Notes under the pieces: model-generated
Database searches by the model: none
Told to the model about the DNA's origin: nothing
Seen by the model: the letters and a program-made list of their open reading frames with translations, nothing else
Assembly: GCA_038087875.1 (NCBI GenBank)
Contig: CM075988.1
Coordinates: 10,542,001-10,606,000, forward strand
From: Malacoraja senta
Lineage: Eukaryota
Direction: 5' to 3'
Length of the DNA: 64,000 nucleotides
In this document: positions 48,201-61,065 of the stretch, piece after piece
Layout of the letters: each line of letters starts with the position of its first letter
How positions within the stretch are numbered: the stretch's first letter is position 1
Position numbers and translations under genes: made by a program

Positions 48201-50520
48201 GGTAGGGGGTCCTGGTCTGGTCAGGAAGACAAATGATTTATTTATTCTAAACAGCATTGTAGGATTCAAAATTGAGTTCTACCACATTTGGATCCTCCAA
48301 GGCAAGAAAATTCAAACTGGTCACAAATTTTCTCAAAAGAAGAGAATAAGTTGATCAAAGGAGAATTAGAAACTTTAACCAAAAAGGGGGTAATAGAGAA
48401 GTCAGTAGAACAACACCATCAGTTTGTATCAAATATTTTTCCAAGAACAAAAATGGATGGTGTGGCAATGCATGGTAATGATCAAAGATATTTGACATTT
48501 AGATGGATGAGTCAGTTATGGCAATTTAAAGCATTGCCCAATGGTCTGACTTCAGCACCAAGATTATTCACTAAATTGCTCAAACCAATTTTAGCTCTGT
48601 TAAGAGCTGACGGCCATGTATTAATGGCTTATTTAGATGATATCCTCATTGTAGGGGACACTTTGGCTGCTGCAAAATTGTCAGTATCAAGAGTCAAATA
48701 CATTTTGAGAAATTAGGTTTCATTATTCACCTACAAAAATCTAAATTGTTACCAAGCAAAAAGATTGATTACCTAGGGGTCACAATTAACTCCAAACACA
48801 TGGTAATCACTTTGCCAAAAGATAAAAAAGCTGCAGTTAATTGAAGGTTGCATAAAACTCATTAACGAGGACACACCTTCAATTAGAGAAGTGGCAAGGT
48901 TGCTTGGCAAATTAATTGCAGGGTTTCCAGCGGTCACGTTTGGACCATTGCATTATCAATGTTTACAGAGAGCTAAGGTACAAGCGTTAAAAATGAATAG
49001 AGGGCATTTTGACAGGCCCATGAAATTAACAATTCAATCCATTACAGAAATAGAATGGTGGATTAACAATGTTTCTAAAAGGCCTGTCTCAAGAGTCTGC
49101 GGTCTATGGCGGCGAAACGGGAGGAATCTGCCGCCGTAGACCGCGCACTCGTGAGAAAGTACAATTCCCAGGCCGTGCGGCGGTGTTCCCAACACCGCGC
49201 GGTGCTAAAATAAAGGCGACAATGTCCAAAACTAAATACTCACCGCACAACCTCCACCAGTGATGCGCGAGTGCGGCACGGCCGCTCGCACGGGCCGCCG
49301 CCAGTGTGGCTCGAGCGCCGTGCGTCAAACCTCCACTGCCACAGGCTCCGCCAGTGACGCACGTGCCGCTGCCAGTGAGGCACGTGTGCTGCACGGCCGC
49401 AGGCACAGCCACCACTACAGCGCCGCGATCAGGATGGCCGCCGCCGCTGGTGAGTCACGTGCGGCGGGCCGACGTCATCGCAGTCGGCCCGCCCTTTTTT
49501 TACTTACCGCAAGCACGTGGGACCCGCCGTGTTTGAATTACCTCGGCCCCCGCGCAACATCCGTGCGGCGCTCCGGTGGATAGGCTCAACGCTCTCGCCG
49601 TTGCCGCGCGGTCCTCTCTACCGGCGCCGCCGCGCTTCACCGCCGATGACCGCAAACAGGTAAGACAGAGCCTTAATGCTTCCAGAAAAGTTCTGGTAGA
49701 AACACCTTCCGTCACTCAACAGACTGATGTAAGTGCGCTGGGTTGGGGCGCTACTAACATGATTTCCAGATGTGGAGGTAGGTGGAATGTGAATGAAGTA
49801 CCTTTGCTGGAAAATCTGGGAATCAATTACCTAGAGCTATTAGGCGCATTGTACGGCCTTAGAGCTTATTGCACTGATATGGGAAATGTGCATGTTCAGG
49901 TACAGGTTGACAATACTACAGCTGTAGCATACATAAATCACATGGGTGGTATAAAATCAGAATCATGTGATAAATTGGCAAATGAAATTTGGACCTGGGG
50001 TATTACCAGAAAAATTTGGCTGTCAGCAATATATTTACCAGGTAAAAATTAATACAATTGCAGACAAAAGATCACGTAAATTTAATGATAACAGAGAATG
50101 GATGTTAAATCGTAAAATATTCACACAAATTATCACACAATTTGGAATGCCAGAAATTGATTTGTTTGCATCAAGATTGAACCACCAGTTGCCTAAGTAT
50201 GTGTCATGGGAACCTGATCCTGGAGCAGTAGCGGTGGATGCTTTCTCGCTACATTGGGGTGGTATGTTTCTGTATGCGTTTCCGCCATTTTGTTTAATCC
50301 ACAGATGCATACAGAAAATTAAACAAGATTCAGCCTCAGGGATTTTGGTAGTACCAGGTTGGCCTAAACAGCTATGGTACCCACTGGTGTTAAAAATAAA
50401 AAAATAAAAAAAATAAACCCTTATGGTTATTCCAAAGCAGATTAAACTGCTTGTACACCCTGTGACTGATGAACCACATCCTTTACATGATCGTATTGGT
50501 TTGTTGATTTGCAGATTCTA
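48200..50520 (+). pseudogene. DIRS pol: RT, RNase H (split by MITE copy 3), Dam-like methyltransferase domain
   Basis: FVSNIF, QFKALPNGLTSAPRLFTK, AYLDD; TDVS..GWG, INYLEL, DNTTAVAYINHMGG; DLFASRLN, YAFPP. Confidence 0.85.
49080..49673 (+). mobile_element. CpG-rich Harbinger-like MITE, copy 3, inserted into DIRS pol
   Basis: Same TIRs and TAA target; removal restores ...WWINNVSNASRKVLVE... Confidence 0.9.
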
Positions 50521-51510
50521 AGAGGCCATTTCTTGGAAAGGATTATCAGACCGTACGGTGGATGTTATGACAGCAGCCTGGAGGAATAGTACCCAGAAGC
50601 AGTACATCTCCTATATAAAGAAATGGGAGGAGTTTTGTTCAGGGAAACATATTGCATATAACCCAGCAGAAATTTCAGATGTAATAGTTCCTTTCTACTC
50701 TATACTATGAATTAAAATTAAGTTATAGTGCAATTAATACTGCACAAAGTGCACTCTCTGCATATTTAAGCAGTGAATCAGAACAAACTCCAATAGGAGC
50801 ACATCCTTGGGTCTGTAGGTTTATGAAAGGAATTTTCAACTCTAATCCTCCCAGACCTAGGTATACAGAAATTTGGAATGTAAAAGATGTACTGATGTTG
50901 CTAAGGAATTGGAATCCAGTTGAAACTCTGTCATTATCCAAAATCACCATGAAATTGGTTATGCTCATGGCATTAGTTTCAGCTTAGAGAGTTCAAACAT
51001 TACAGAAACTCAGAATTGATAGAATGAAAGTAGGGCCAAATGCCGTGACATTCTATGTCTATGATTTACTGAAGCAAAGTAGACCTGGGTTCACAGGATG
51101 CAAGTTGGAATTTTTAGCATATCCTACAGATCCACGACTGTGTGTAGTAACATATGTGAAATGTTACATAGAAAAAACAAAAGTTTTAAGAGGCATAGAA
51201 AAAACAAAAGTTTTAATTGGCATTTTTTTATTAGTCATAAAAAGCCTCATAAGAAAGTGTCAACACAAACAATTTCACGATGGTTGAAATAGGTGTTGAG
51301 ATATTCAGGTATTGATACTGATAAAATTAAATCTCATTCCACCAGGGCGGCATCAACATCAGCGGCCAGGGATTCAGACGTGCAATAGACCTTATTCTCG
51401 CGGCCGCAGGATGGGCAAGTGAACAGATGTTTCACAAGTATTACCATAAGGAGATTAAATATCTCAGAGGGTTTGGTGATGCCGTGCTGGATACAGTATT
51501 AAATCCCCCA
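50520..51510 (+). pseudogene. DIRS tyrosine recombinase remnant
   Basis: YS.INTA.SALS, HPWV.RFMKGIF...PPRPRY, KL..LMALVSA.RV, QTISRWL, HSTRAASTS, AAGW....F.KYY. Confidence 0.8.
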
Positions 51511-54500
51511 TTATAATAAATGGGCCTAATTTTGTTACTTTTATTAAAATAAATAAAACCATTAACTGATTACATTCAAATGTTGTGGTTATGCGTTGTT
51601 GATTGTGCTTACTCAAATAGAGTCAATCGATGCAGTGAACACCTGGATGTGAATCCACGGTGTGAAATCACAGAGCTTTGAAATCTTCACGTAGTCACTC
51701 ACGTGACTCCGAAGTAAAATAGTAAAATAGTAAAAAGTAAAATAGTAAGATTAAACGAGAACATACCAGTTTGAAGTTTGATCTTTATTTTATGAGGAGT
51801 AACGTTGAGGGATTACGTGCCCTCCGCTCCCACACTCATAAAAGGATCAAGCTGGTAGTTCTAAGTCTTTATGCATACTTCAGTAATTATCGTCTGTGAT
51901 TGGCACTCCACTGCTTTGAAAGATTGACGCGTGTGCGGCTGGACGGGGTCTTCTTCACGTAATCCCTCAACGTTACTCCTCATAAAATAAAGATCAAACT
52001 TCAAACTGGTAAGTTCTCGTTTAATCTTACTGTTAATTTGCTTAAGGGACTATTTCCTAAAAATATCAATGAGCCTTAAGGCCTGGAGCCCTCTTTTAAA
52101 TTAAATGAAACATTTACTAGCTGTCTTCCCATTTTGATATTTCCGCAACTTAATTTTCAATTCATAAATTCATAATCAGCAAAAGCGTAGTCATTTGAAA
52201 ATACTTAGCTGTTTTTACAAAACTGATCAATTATGCATAATTTTAGAATGATTATCACAATTTCAACTAACTACAATTTAGGTACATACTGCTTTTTAGT
52301 TATTTGAATAATATAAAAATAGTGAAAAATAGTATTAACTTTTTGCAGTGTTTAAACTAATCTGATATTTAAATCCCTCAGCTTGGATTCACAAGGCAAC
52401 TGCTTATATTATCCCCGGCCTTTTCAGTTTGATACATTCTGTGACTCAATTCTTTACTAATTCATAAAGCAACAAAGAATATCAAATGTTTAAAGCAAAG
52501 CCATCCTGATGTTTTACAAGCAACAGGAGATTGAAAGCCATAAATAAGATCAATGAATTACTCATTCATTCCAAATTCCAACCTGTGTAAGACGTGAAAA
52601 CAGAGACTTCTCTTGGCTATTATCACGCTCTGCACCAGGATATAAAAGATCCCATGGTGATATATAAAGAAGAGTTAATGAGTTCCCTTGAGTATCCAGA
52701 CCAATATTTGTGCCTCTTCCACCATCCTTGAAACAAACCAGATCATTGATATTGCGGGAGTTTTTCTGTCTAAGTATTGGCTCCAATATTACGGCAGTGG
52801 CTAAACTAGAACAGGTATGACCAAATTGTCAAAGATAGTGTAAATGATACATATCCATTGTTTAATAGCATAACATTTCATGCTGTAGCCTGGACTACAG
52901 TTAGCCAAGTGAGCAATGGAATAGTAAGATTAAACGAGAACTTACCAGTTTGAAGTTTGATCTTTATTTTATGAGGAGTTACGTTGGTGATTACGTGAAG
53001 AACCCCGTCAGGGCGCATGCGCGTCAATCTTCAAAGCAGCGGTATGAAATCACAGACAAAACCATAATTGAAGTAACATATTAAGATGATCAACATGAGA
53101 ACAACCATTATGACCTTTTTTCTATGAGAGAGGGTTGGGCGTGGCGGGCACGTAATCACCAACGTAACTCCTCATAAAATAAAGATCAAACTTCAAACTG
53201 GTAAGTTCTCGTTTAATCTTACTATTTTACTTCGGAGTCACGTGAGTGACTACGTGAAGATTTTAAAGCTCTGTGATTTTTATGCCGCAGATCAAAATCC
53301 TGGCTTCTCACTGCATCGATTGACTGAGTATCATCAATAATGCTGTAAACATGACATTGCATATCATGCAAAAACAAAACAGTTTTATTTTTGGTCATAA
53401 AACAACCAATAAACCCTCTTAATGTAGGGCAACAAACGAAACAGAATGAAACAGTATTGAAAACAGACTTTAAACAATAGCAACAGCACTCAATATTGAG
53501 TTAGCAAACAGCCCTCCATCGGCAATCGGCCGATGGTAGTATTGCTGAAACACAAGTTCATTTTTCCAACTTGCGGCTTTTAATATATGGTCGATGGGAA
53601 CGTCCATCGCCCTGGCCGCGGATGTTGCTACTGCGCTAGTGGAATGAGATGTAAACACATAAATGTTAATTCCTGCCTGAACCAACTCTTGCTTTAACCA
53701 CCTTGAGATAGTCTGAACTGCCACTCTTTTATGTTGGCTTTTTGTAACTGACAAATAATCCTGTTTCTTCTTGTCTTAAAGCCCATGTGGCTTCAATGTA
53801 ATGTAACAAATGTGTCCTTACACATAAACATGGAGCTGTAGGATATGCTGAGAACACAATCTTAAAACCTGTCACACCTGGCCTGCTTTGTTTGAGCAGG
53901 TCAGAAATATAAAACAGAACATTCTCTGTATTCACTTCCATTCTCTCGAACTGAAGTTTTTTGGAAAGTCTGCACTCTCTGTACTGACACCAATGCCATT
54001 AGCATAGCCAATTTCATGGTTAATTTTAACAAAGTTATAGCCGTGACAGGGACCCAATGACGAAGTATGTTACGAACAACGCTTACCTCGCAGATTACCA
54101 TATACCTAGGCTTAGGCGGTTTGGAATTAGATTCCTTTCATCAACCTAGATATGAGAGGGTGAGAACCTATACTTTGTGTCCGTGTACCTATTACAAGAT
54201 ATGCGGACAAAGCACTTCTAGCTGTATTGATAGCAGTATAGCTAAGACCTTCATCATAATAAAGTGTAGATAAACTCTAACACATTTTCAATAACTACAG
54301 TATCATATTGAATATTCTTTTGAACACAATATTGTTCCTTTTTTTTTTTTTTTCATAAGTCATATACTGTTTTTGAGTACTCTTTCTCCAGACTGCAGCG
54401 AGTATATACACCGTTGGCCTAGAAAGTCCTCGACCAATGTAAGGCATTCTTGAAACCTGCAAACTAACAGATCCATACCGTCACATAACGGATGAACTTA

Positions 54501-55263
54501 ATGCGTTACTGGATGCTCCAGCAAATTCCTACTGTTTGGAATCAGCAAAAAGAGGTTGGATCGCTATCTGTAACATCAAAGGGAACCATGGTTGAATCAG
54601 GCAATTTGGTATCACCAAAACCCCTGAAGCGGCATCCTGCTTGATTTTCTCAAACACCGACCTATGAGGCAGAATGGTGGGAAAATGTACACAAACATAT
54701 CATCCCAATTTAGTGAAAACGCATCAATTGCCACTGCCCCTGGATCTGGTGCCTATGAAACATATTTTGGCCTTCCATATAGAAGTACTATGTTCTTGAA
54801 CACATCCTGGTTCCACATCCACTCTGTGTTATGATGGAATTTTCGTGAGCTGCCATCTGGTACTACATTAAGTTTCCCTGGCAGATAGATAGCTCCAATC
54901 CAAATCTCTTTATCCCTACTCCAGGTCCAATTGTATTTGCCAACCTGTCACATGATAACGATTTGATTCCACCCATGTGATTCATATCAGCAACTGCTGC
55001 AGTGTTGTCTATTTTGCACTGCACTTGCAAACTAGTTTAGTTAGTGCCATAAGCCTTGAGTCCATAAAATACTCTTGGTTAATTCCCCATGTATGCAGAA
55101 GCAATGTTCATCTGTCTCCACCGCTGGATCTTGTATCAGTAGCACCCTACCGAAGTGCTCTGACATCTGTCTGCAAATCATGGAAGCTTGGTCCAATAAC
55201 ACTTTGGAACTACTAGTGGACACATGCTGAATCCACCATTGTACATCAGCAACAGCCTCTATT

Positions 55264-55329
55264 CTTCTTCTTCTTCTTCTTCTTCTTCTTCTTCTTCTTC
55301 TTCTTCTTCTTCTTCTTGTAGGATTCCGG
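55264..55329 (-). mobile_element. Ultra-short retro-insertion: ~12-nt head + (GAA)n tail with a 13-bp TSD
   Basis: aacagcctctatt at 55251-55263 and 55330-55342 flanks (ctt)n-gtaggattccgg. Confidence 0.8.
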
Positions 55330-57059
55330 AACAGCCTCTATTGATAGAAGCATAGGTCTATTATAATGACCCCAATGTATCCTCAATGCTTGTTCCTTTG
55401 ACCTTTGTAATTGTAGATAATAAAGTGGCCATATTGAACTGCTGGAAATGCTGCCAGCCATTACCACAGCAGTCTTGTCACCTGGCTAATTGAAGGCTGT
55501 GTGTTAGCAATTAACTTGATATAGCTCTTAATTAGCTGTACCCTTTTTTGCCTGGGCAAGGTCACAATGATGTTGATTAAGTCCATTGTGAACCCAACTA
55601 GTCAATTTGTGTCACAGGTATAAATTTAGATTCCTCAGAATAGCTTATAAAGCCCAATTAAAAATTGGTTTTTACCAACTGCCACTGATGCTTCAGCTGT
55701 TTCCTTTGATTGTCCTACAATCAAGATATTATCTAGCTAAACCATGATCACATGACCTTGACTTCTCTTCATGCCTAGAATAGGTTTTAACAACTTTGTA
55801 ATCCCTCTAGGAGCTGAAGACAAACCATTAGGCAGTGGATTGTATTGGCATAATTCCCATCCAGCTGAATTTTAAATCTTCTATCCTGCAAATGAACAGA
55901 CACTGAATCCGCATCTTTAAGATCTCCTTCACAAACGTTTCCATCTTAAAATGTCTATACCGTACAAAAGGGTTAAGCCTATTCAGGTCTGTATAATTCT
56001 GCTTCCTCCCATCCTTTTTGGTCTGGGAAAGATATTGGACACAACCTGATGGCTTTGGTAAACTGCTTTAGCAATTACACCTTTATTACATAAGGTTGCA
56101 AGTTCCAGCTGAACTTCCAATTATTCAGTGATACTGAAGTCAAACTCCTTTTTTGGAACATGTTGCATGGGTAAATCAGAATTTGCATTTAAGCTTTATT
56201 CGATGCCCTTCAATAACCTTCAGTATAAACATATCTGAGGTAAACATTTAATTGTATCACATTAGATCTGTCTACATGAGAACCAGACCCTCTTACCTCC
56301 TTACCACCTGGCATTCTTCCCCGGCCTTGAGCTGGATATCTCACCTCCGTGGCGGTGCTACAGCCGAACGCCAACTGCGCTGCATCGTAGCTGGACTCGT
56401 CCCTTGCCCGGACCAGTCTACTCCCTTATAGGGATACTTCCGCTTTGGTGAATATGTGGCTGGCTTCTTAGCCTCCTCCTCCAGCTCCTTCACCTGCTGT
56501 GCGAAATCCTCGCCAAACAGCTGTGCCGGTTGCACTGTGCCAGGCTGGCAGAGTGAAGCATATTTATCATTGATGGTTGGTCTAATCGCATCTTGCGGAG
56601 GCAGTTGATCTCAAAGTGGGCACTCCACAATAGCGCCTTTTGTTGTAATTTGTCATGGCCTCTCCATCTACCATCCTGGCAAAGCTCGTTATACCAGATG
56701 CCAGCAACTTTAAAATATGCTGGAGCTTCACATGCTCCTGGGCTTTCATTAGTATGCCCATCTTGCCCCAATTCTTCCTGTTCCCAACAGGAACTTTTAA
56801 CTGTCCTCAGTTGATTGGGGCTTCATACTTCGTTACTGTCTCATCCATTGTCAGCTCCTGTAGCTGATGTGAGACTTGGTAATTTATGCTGGTGGCAAGT
56901 TCCTCACCCAGAGGCTCACCAGCATCCGACGACATGGCAAACCGTGCTGCACACGGTGTCAGCTCTGGCAGCTGCCTGCCCTCCCTTTGGATGTCGTCGG
57001 ACTCAGGGTCAGAGCGTATCTGCCCTTCTGCACTCACCTCTTGCAAAGAGGGTGCTTTC

Positions 57060-57300
57060 AAGCAGGCCTCTACTAGGCACTGCCAGCGGAGCCGTCCCCA
57101 CGGCCTCCCGCCTGCACAACTCCTCCTGGAGTATGGCTTTATGAAGCAGGCCTCTCCTAGGCACTGCCAGCGGAGCCTTCCCTAAGGCTTCCCGCCTGCA
57201 CTACCCCTCCTGGAGTGTGGCTTTATGAAACAGAACCTCTCCTAGGCACTGCCAGTGGAGCCTTCTCTATGGCTTCCCACCTGCACTACTCCTCCTGGAG
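57060..57300 (-). repeat. Three 84-bp tandem units inside DIRS gag
   Basis: aagcaggcctct.ctaggcactgccagcggagcc starting at ~57060, 57144 and 57228. Confidence 0.85.
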
Positions 57301-57869
57301 CGTCTCTGTGGAGCAGCCCCTATATGAGCTGCTCCTTTTGGATAACCGCTGGGGAACGGTATCCTGTCCCCGACGGGACTCTCGTGGCCCGACTCTGCGG
57401 AGTCTATAGCCCTGACAGACTTGGCTTATGCCGACCGCCCGACTGGCGTTGGCTGTGTACCCGGCTGGGCACTTTGCCAAGTCTGTCGCCGCACCGCTAC
57501 CGGCTTGCGACTCCCCCGAGGTGACAGGCTGCCTTTCAGAGACTGCGTCCCGCAGCTCTCTCTCTCCTTGTCGGCAGCAGCCTGCACCTTTTACTTGTTC
57601 CTGTCTATGGGGGGGAAAAAAACCCAGCAGAAACAATTTATTTACTTTTTCCTAACTCCTCCAAAGTCTCCCCGACTTTGGTGGAGCTGTATTTACTCAC
57701 ATTGCAGAAGGAGCTCCGAGCTCCCGCTGCCGTTGTCGCCAATGCGTCCGACGTAATGACGCGCATGCGCCCTGTCGGGGTTCTTCACGTAGTCACTCAC
57801 GTGACTCCGAAGTAAAATCAGAATTATACACTTTACTGTCAGTTCATGTTATGAACTCCCAGGGACGAA

Positions 57870-58460
57870 GGAGACTAGAGACTGGTAGACACTGCCTGGG
57901 CCATCACGGGTTCTGACCTTCAAACCATCCAAGGGACCTATCGGAGAAGCTGCCTCAAAAAGGCAGCCAATATTATGAAAAACCCGCACTGTACTGCCGT
58001 GCTTTCATTCTGCTCCAACCTCAGGGAAGGATTATTCCCTTTATCATGTATCTGTACACCTGTGGATGACTCAATTGTAATCATGAATTGCCTTTCCTCT
58101 AACTGGTTAAAAAGCAACAAAAGCTCTTCACTGCACCTTGGCGGTACTCGTGACAATAAACTAACCTCAAACTCAAACACAAGGTTTATGGTTGAAAACC
58201 ATGATCACCAGATTCAAGATAACTTTTTCCCAGCAACCATCAGCCTCTTGAACGCAACACAAAACTCAACAATGAACCATTGAGGACAGTGTCTTTGGTG
58301 GCACGATGGGCCTTTTTTTTGCACTAATTTTACTGTTATGAATGTATTGAATTGTAATTATTTATCAGTGTATTGCATTTACAGGCCGGCTAACCTGCTG
58401 CAAGTAGGAATTTAATTATCCATTATTGGTACACATGACAATTGAATATTCTGGACTCTT
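57870..58460 (+). mobile_element. Rex1/Babar-like LINE 3' fragments
   Basis: Decayed LVD.A.AITG..L..I...Y.RSCLKKA.NI.KNP-like text and a gacaataaactaacctcaaactc tail. Confidence 0.55.
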
Positions 58461-59744
58461 GATTGACTTGAATGTTCTGACAACACAGGTTGGAATAAAG
58501 TCAGAACAAAATCCTGTTGCGCCACCTTCCTTCTTTGCGATCCTTCAAAACCCCAGTACGAGGCTTTACTGGAGTGAGTTCATACCTCTGCAATGGAAAA
58601 AAAAAGACTCACAGTGCTAGAGTAACACAAGAGGCCAGCCAGCATCTCTGGAGAACATGGAATGGTGACATTACGGGACAAGACCCTTCCAACCTATCTA
58701 CGCTTTCTAGAGATGCTGCCTGACCAAATGAGTTACTTCAGCATTTTGCGTCTTTATTTTTGTAAATCAACATCTGCAATTCCTTGTATCTTGTCTGCAG
58801 TGGAAAAGGCTGACATTTCCAACCCCGTGATCCCCTCAAACCTGTGGTCTGGACCTTGATCAGATCCTCACTCCTAATGTATAGGTATTTGATATTGCTG
58901 ATAGATAAGAACATTTTCAAAAGAGCACTAACTCTATTCTTAACAGATCCCCTGATACTAAATGCTGTTATGTCGTGAAAGATAAAATGTGCTTATCAAA
59001 AACATAAACTTAAAGATTCCCAAGGCGTGCAATAAACAGTGGAATATATTAACATACAATATTCTTGAACAGAAAATGTATGCACTTCATTTAATGGGGC
59101 TTTAATGTAAGAGTTGAGGCAGGTGCAATATTTGATATTTAAAAGTTATGTGGAAAGGTACATGGATAGGAAAGGGTCTGAGGGAAATAGTGGGAAATGG
59201 GATTGGCTTAGATGGGGTATCTTAGTCAGCATGGTCTGAAGAAGGGTCTCGACCAGAAATGTCACCCATTCCTCTCCAGAGATGCTGCCTGTCCTGCTGA
59301 GTTACTTCAGCTTTTTGTGTCTATCTTCAGCATGGATGAGATGGGTGGAAAAGCCTTTATCCATGCTGCATGCCTCGATTACTCCAAGCTGCATGCTTCT
59401 GTCATTCCATGACTAATTTGAATTTTGCTTCATTAAAATTTCAATCATAATTTCAATCAAGATGTCAATCCCCATCTTCAATTTAGATTTAATCCTTATC
59501 AAATAAAATGGAACTAATTAAGAGTCACGGAGAGGGGAACAAAATTTTGTTTTTTCACCTCAATTGGCTTCTTTAAATTATGTTCTCATGATATTCACAT
59601 ATCAAACGTAGAAATATACTGCACAGGAACAGGCCCTTCAACCCACAATGTATGTTTGAACATGATGCCAAGATAAACTAATCTCATCTGCCTGCACATG
59701 ATCCATAATCCTATTCATAAATATCCATAACCATGTGCCTAAGA

Positions 59745-59910
59745 AACCTTTTAAAAGTGTGGGAGGAAACTGAAGATTTTGGAGAAAACCCACGCAGGTC
59801 ACGGGGAGAACGTACAAACTCTGTACAGACAGGCACCCGTAGTCAGGTTCGAACCCGGGTCTCTGGCGCTGTAAGGCGGTAGCTCCACTGCTACACCACC
59901 GTGCCGCCCT
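59745..59910 (-). mobile_element. V-SINE 5' fragment
   Basis: rc gggcggcacggtggtgtagcagtggagc...cccgggttcgaacc head (A/B-box like) and V-domain. Confidence 0.75.
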
Positions 59911-60397
59911 TAAATCCTCAAATGACGACCTGACTGTTGGAGTAATTCATCCTTTTACTGCCTGTGTGTAAAATAAAAGCTATGGTTTCACAAAGATGCG
60001 CACTGAAATGCTGCAAGGAACAGACTTGCCAGCCTTTGTGAGCCACATTGGTACTGCAGAGTCAACTAATTACAGCATGTTAGCTATCCTGTTTCTGCAA
60101 GCTGTTCCAACATGCCAGCTGTTCCTCAATTATTCCTAGGTCAAACTCCATTGCCGTAATCCTTTGTACCTTTAAGATGTAAGTAATGAGCTGGCTATTC
60201 GGAGCTAACCACGACAAGGCATATTTTGAATGACACAATCACCCACTGAGGGGCTAGAGCTCATTCAACTGTTACAAATCAATTTGTCTGATATTTGTCT
60301 GCTCTGCTTGTTAAGTTGGCAGTTCACCCTGCCTTGAAGAGAACCACCAACAGGGCATTGAGTGATTCATGTGGAGAAGAATGAAGGTTTAATCTTA

Positions 60398-60528
60398 TAG
60401 GAAGGAACTGCAGATGCTGGTTTTAACTGAAGGTAGACACAAAATGCTGGAGTAACTCAGCGGGACAGGCAGCATCTCTGGATAGACAGAATGGGTGGTG
60501 TTTCGGGTCAAGACCCTTCTTCAGACTG
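60398..60528 (-). repeat. Penelope-terminal/hammerhead repeat copy (cleavage triplet mutated)
   Basis: rc tcagtctgaagaagggtcttgacccgaaacacc. Confidence 0.75.
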
Positions 60529-61065
60529 AACCTTGCTCCTAAACTCAAATCCTCTCGCAATGTAGGCTAACATGCCATTAGCTTTCTTCACTGCCTGCCA
60601 AACCTGCATGCTTACTTTCAGTGACTGATGTACAAACACACCCAGGTCTCGATGCACCTCCCTTTTTCCTAATCTGACACCATTCAGATAATAATATGCC
60701 TTTGTGTTCTTGCCACCAAAGTGGATAACCTCACATTTATCCACATTATACTGCATCTGCCATGCATCTGCCCACTCACCCAACCTATCCAAGTCACCCT
60801 GCAGCCTCATAGCATCCTCCTCACAGCTCACACTTCCAACCAGCTTTGTGTCATCCTCAAACTTGGAGATGTCACATTTTATTCCCTCGTCTAAATCGTG
60901 AATATATATTGTAAATAGCTGGGGTCCCAGCACCGAGCCTTGCGGCACCCCACTAGTCACTGCCTGCCATTCTGAAAAGGATCCGTTAATTTCTACTCTT
61001 TGCTTCCTGTCTGCCATCCAATTCTCTGTCCATGTCAATACCCTATCCCTAATACCATGTGCTCT
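60529..61065 (-). mobile_element. CR1 RT internal fragment
   Basis: SGVPQGSVLGPQLF, FEDDTKL, KCEVIHFG. Confidence 0.9.

Larger units (their letters stand above)
46494..52034 (+). mobile_element. DIRS1-type tyrosine-recombinase retrotransposon, full length, decayed
   Basis: 5' ITR ttttacttcggagtcacgtgagtgactacgtgaagaagacccc; gag, RT/RNaseH/MT and YR remnants; ICR at ~51683-51820; 3' ITR ending ...ctcgtttaatcttact. Confidence 0.92.
52920..57818 (-). mobile_element. Second DIRS1-type retrotransposon (diverged subfamily), full length, decayed, tail-to-tail with the first
   Basis: Near-identical termini in inverted orientation; ICR at ~53150-53260; YR (QTISRWLK, HSTS, QQYYH) at 53470-54430; MT/RH/RT at 54450-56290; gag at 56330-57600. 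Confidence 0.92.

Noticed and set aside
51683..53265. CRISPR-like or prokaryotic repeat array
   Set aside because: The repeats are DIRS ICR/ITR copies in alternating orientation, with no regular spacers or cas genes, in a eukaryotic context
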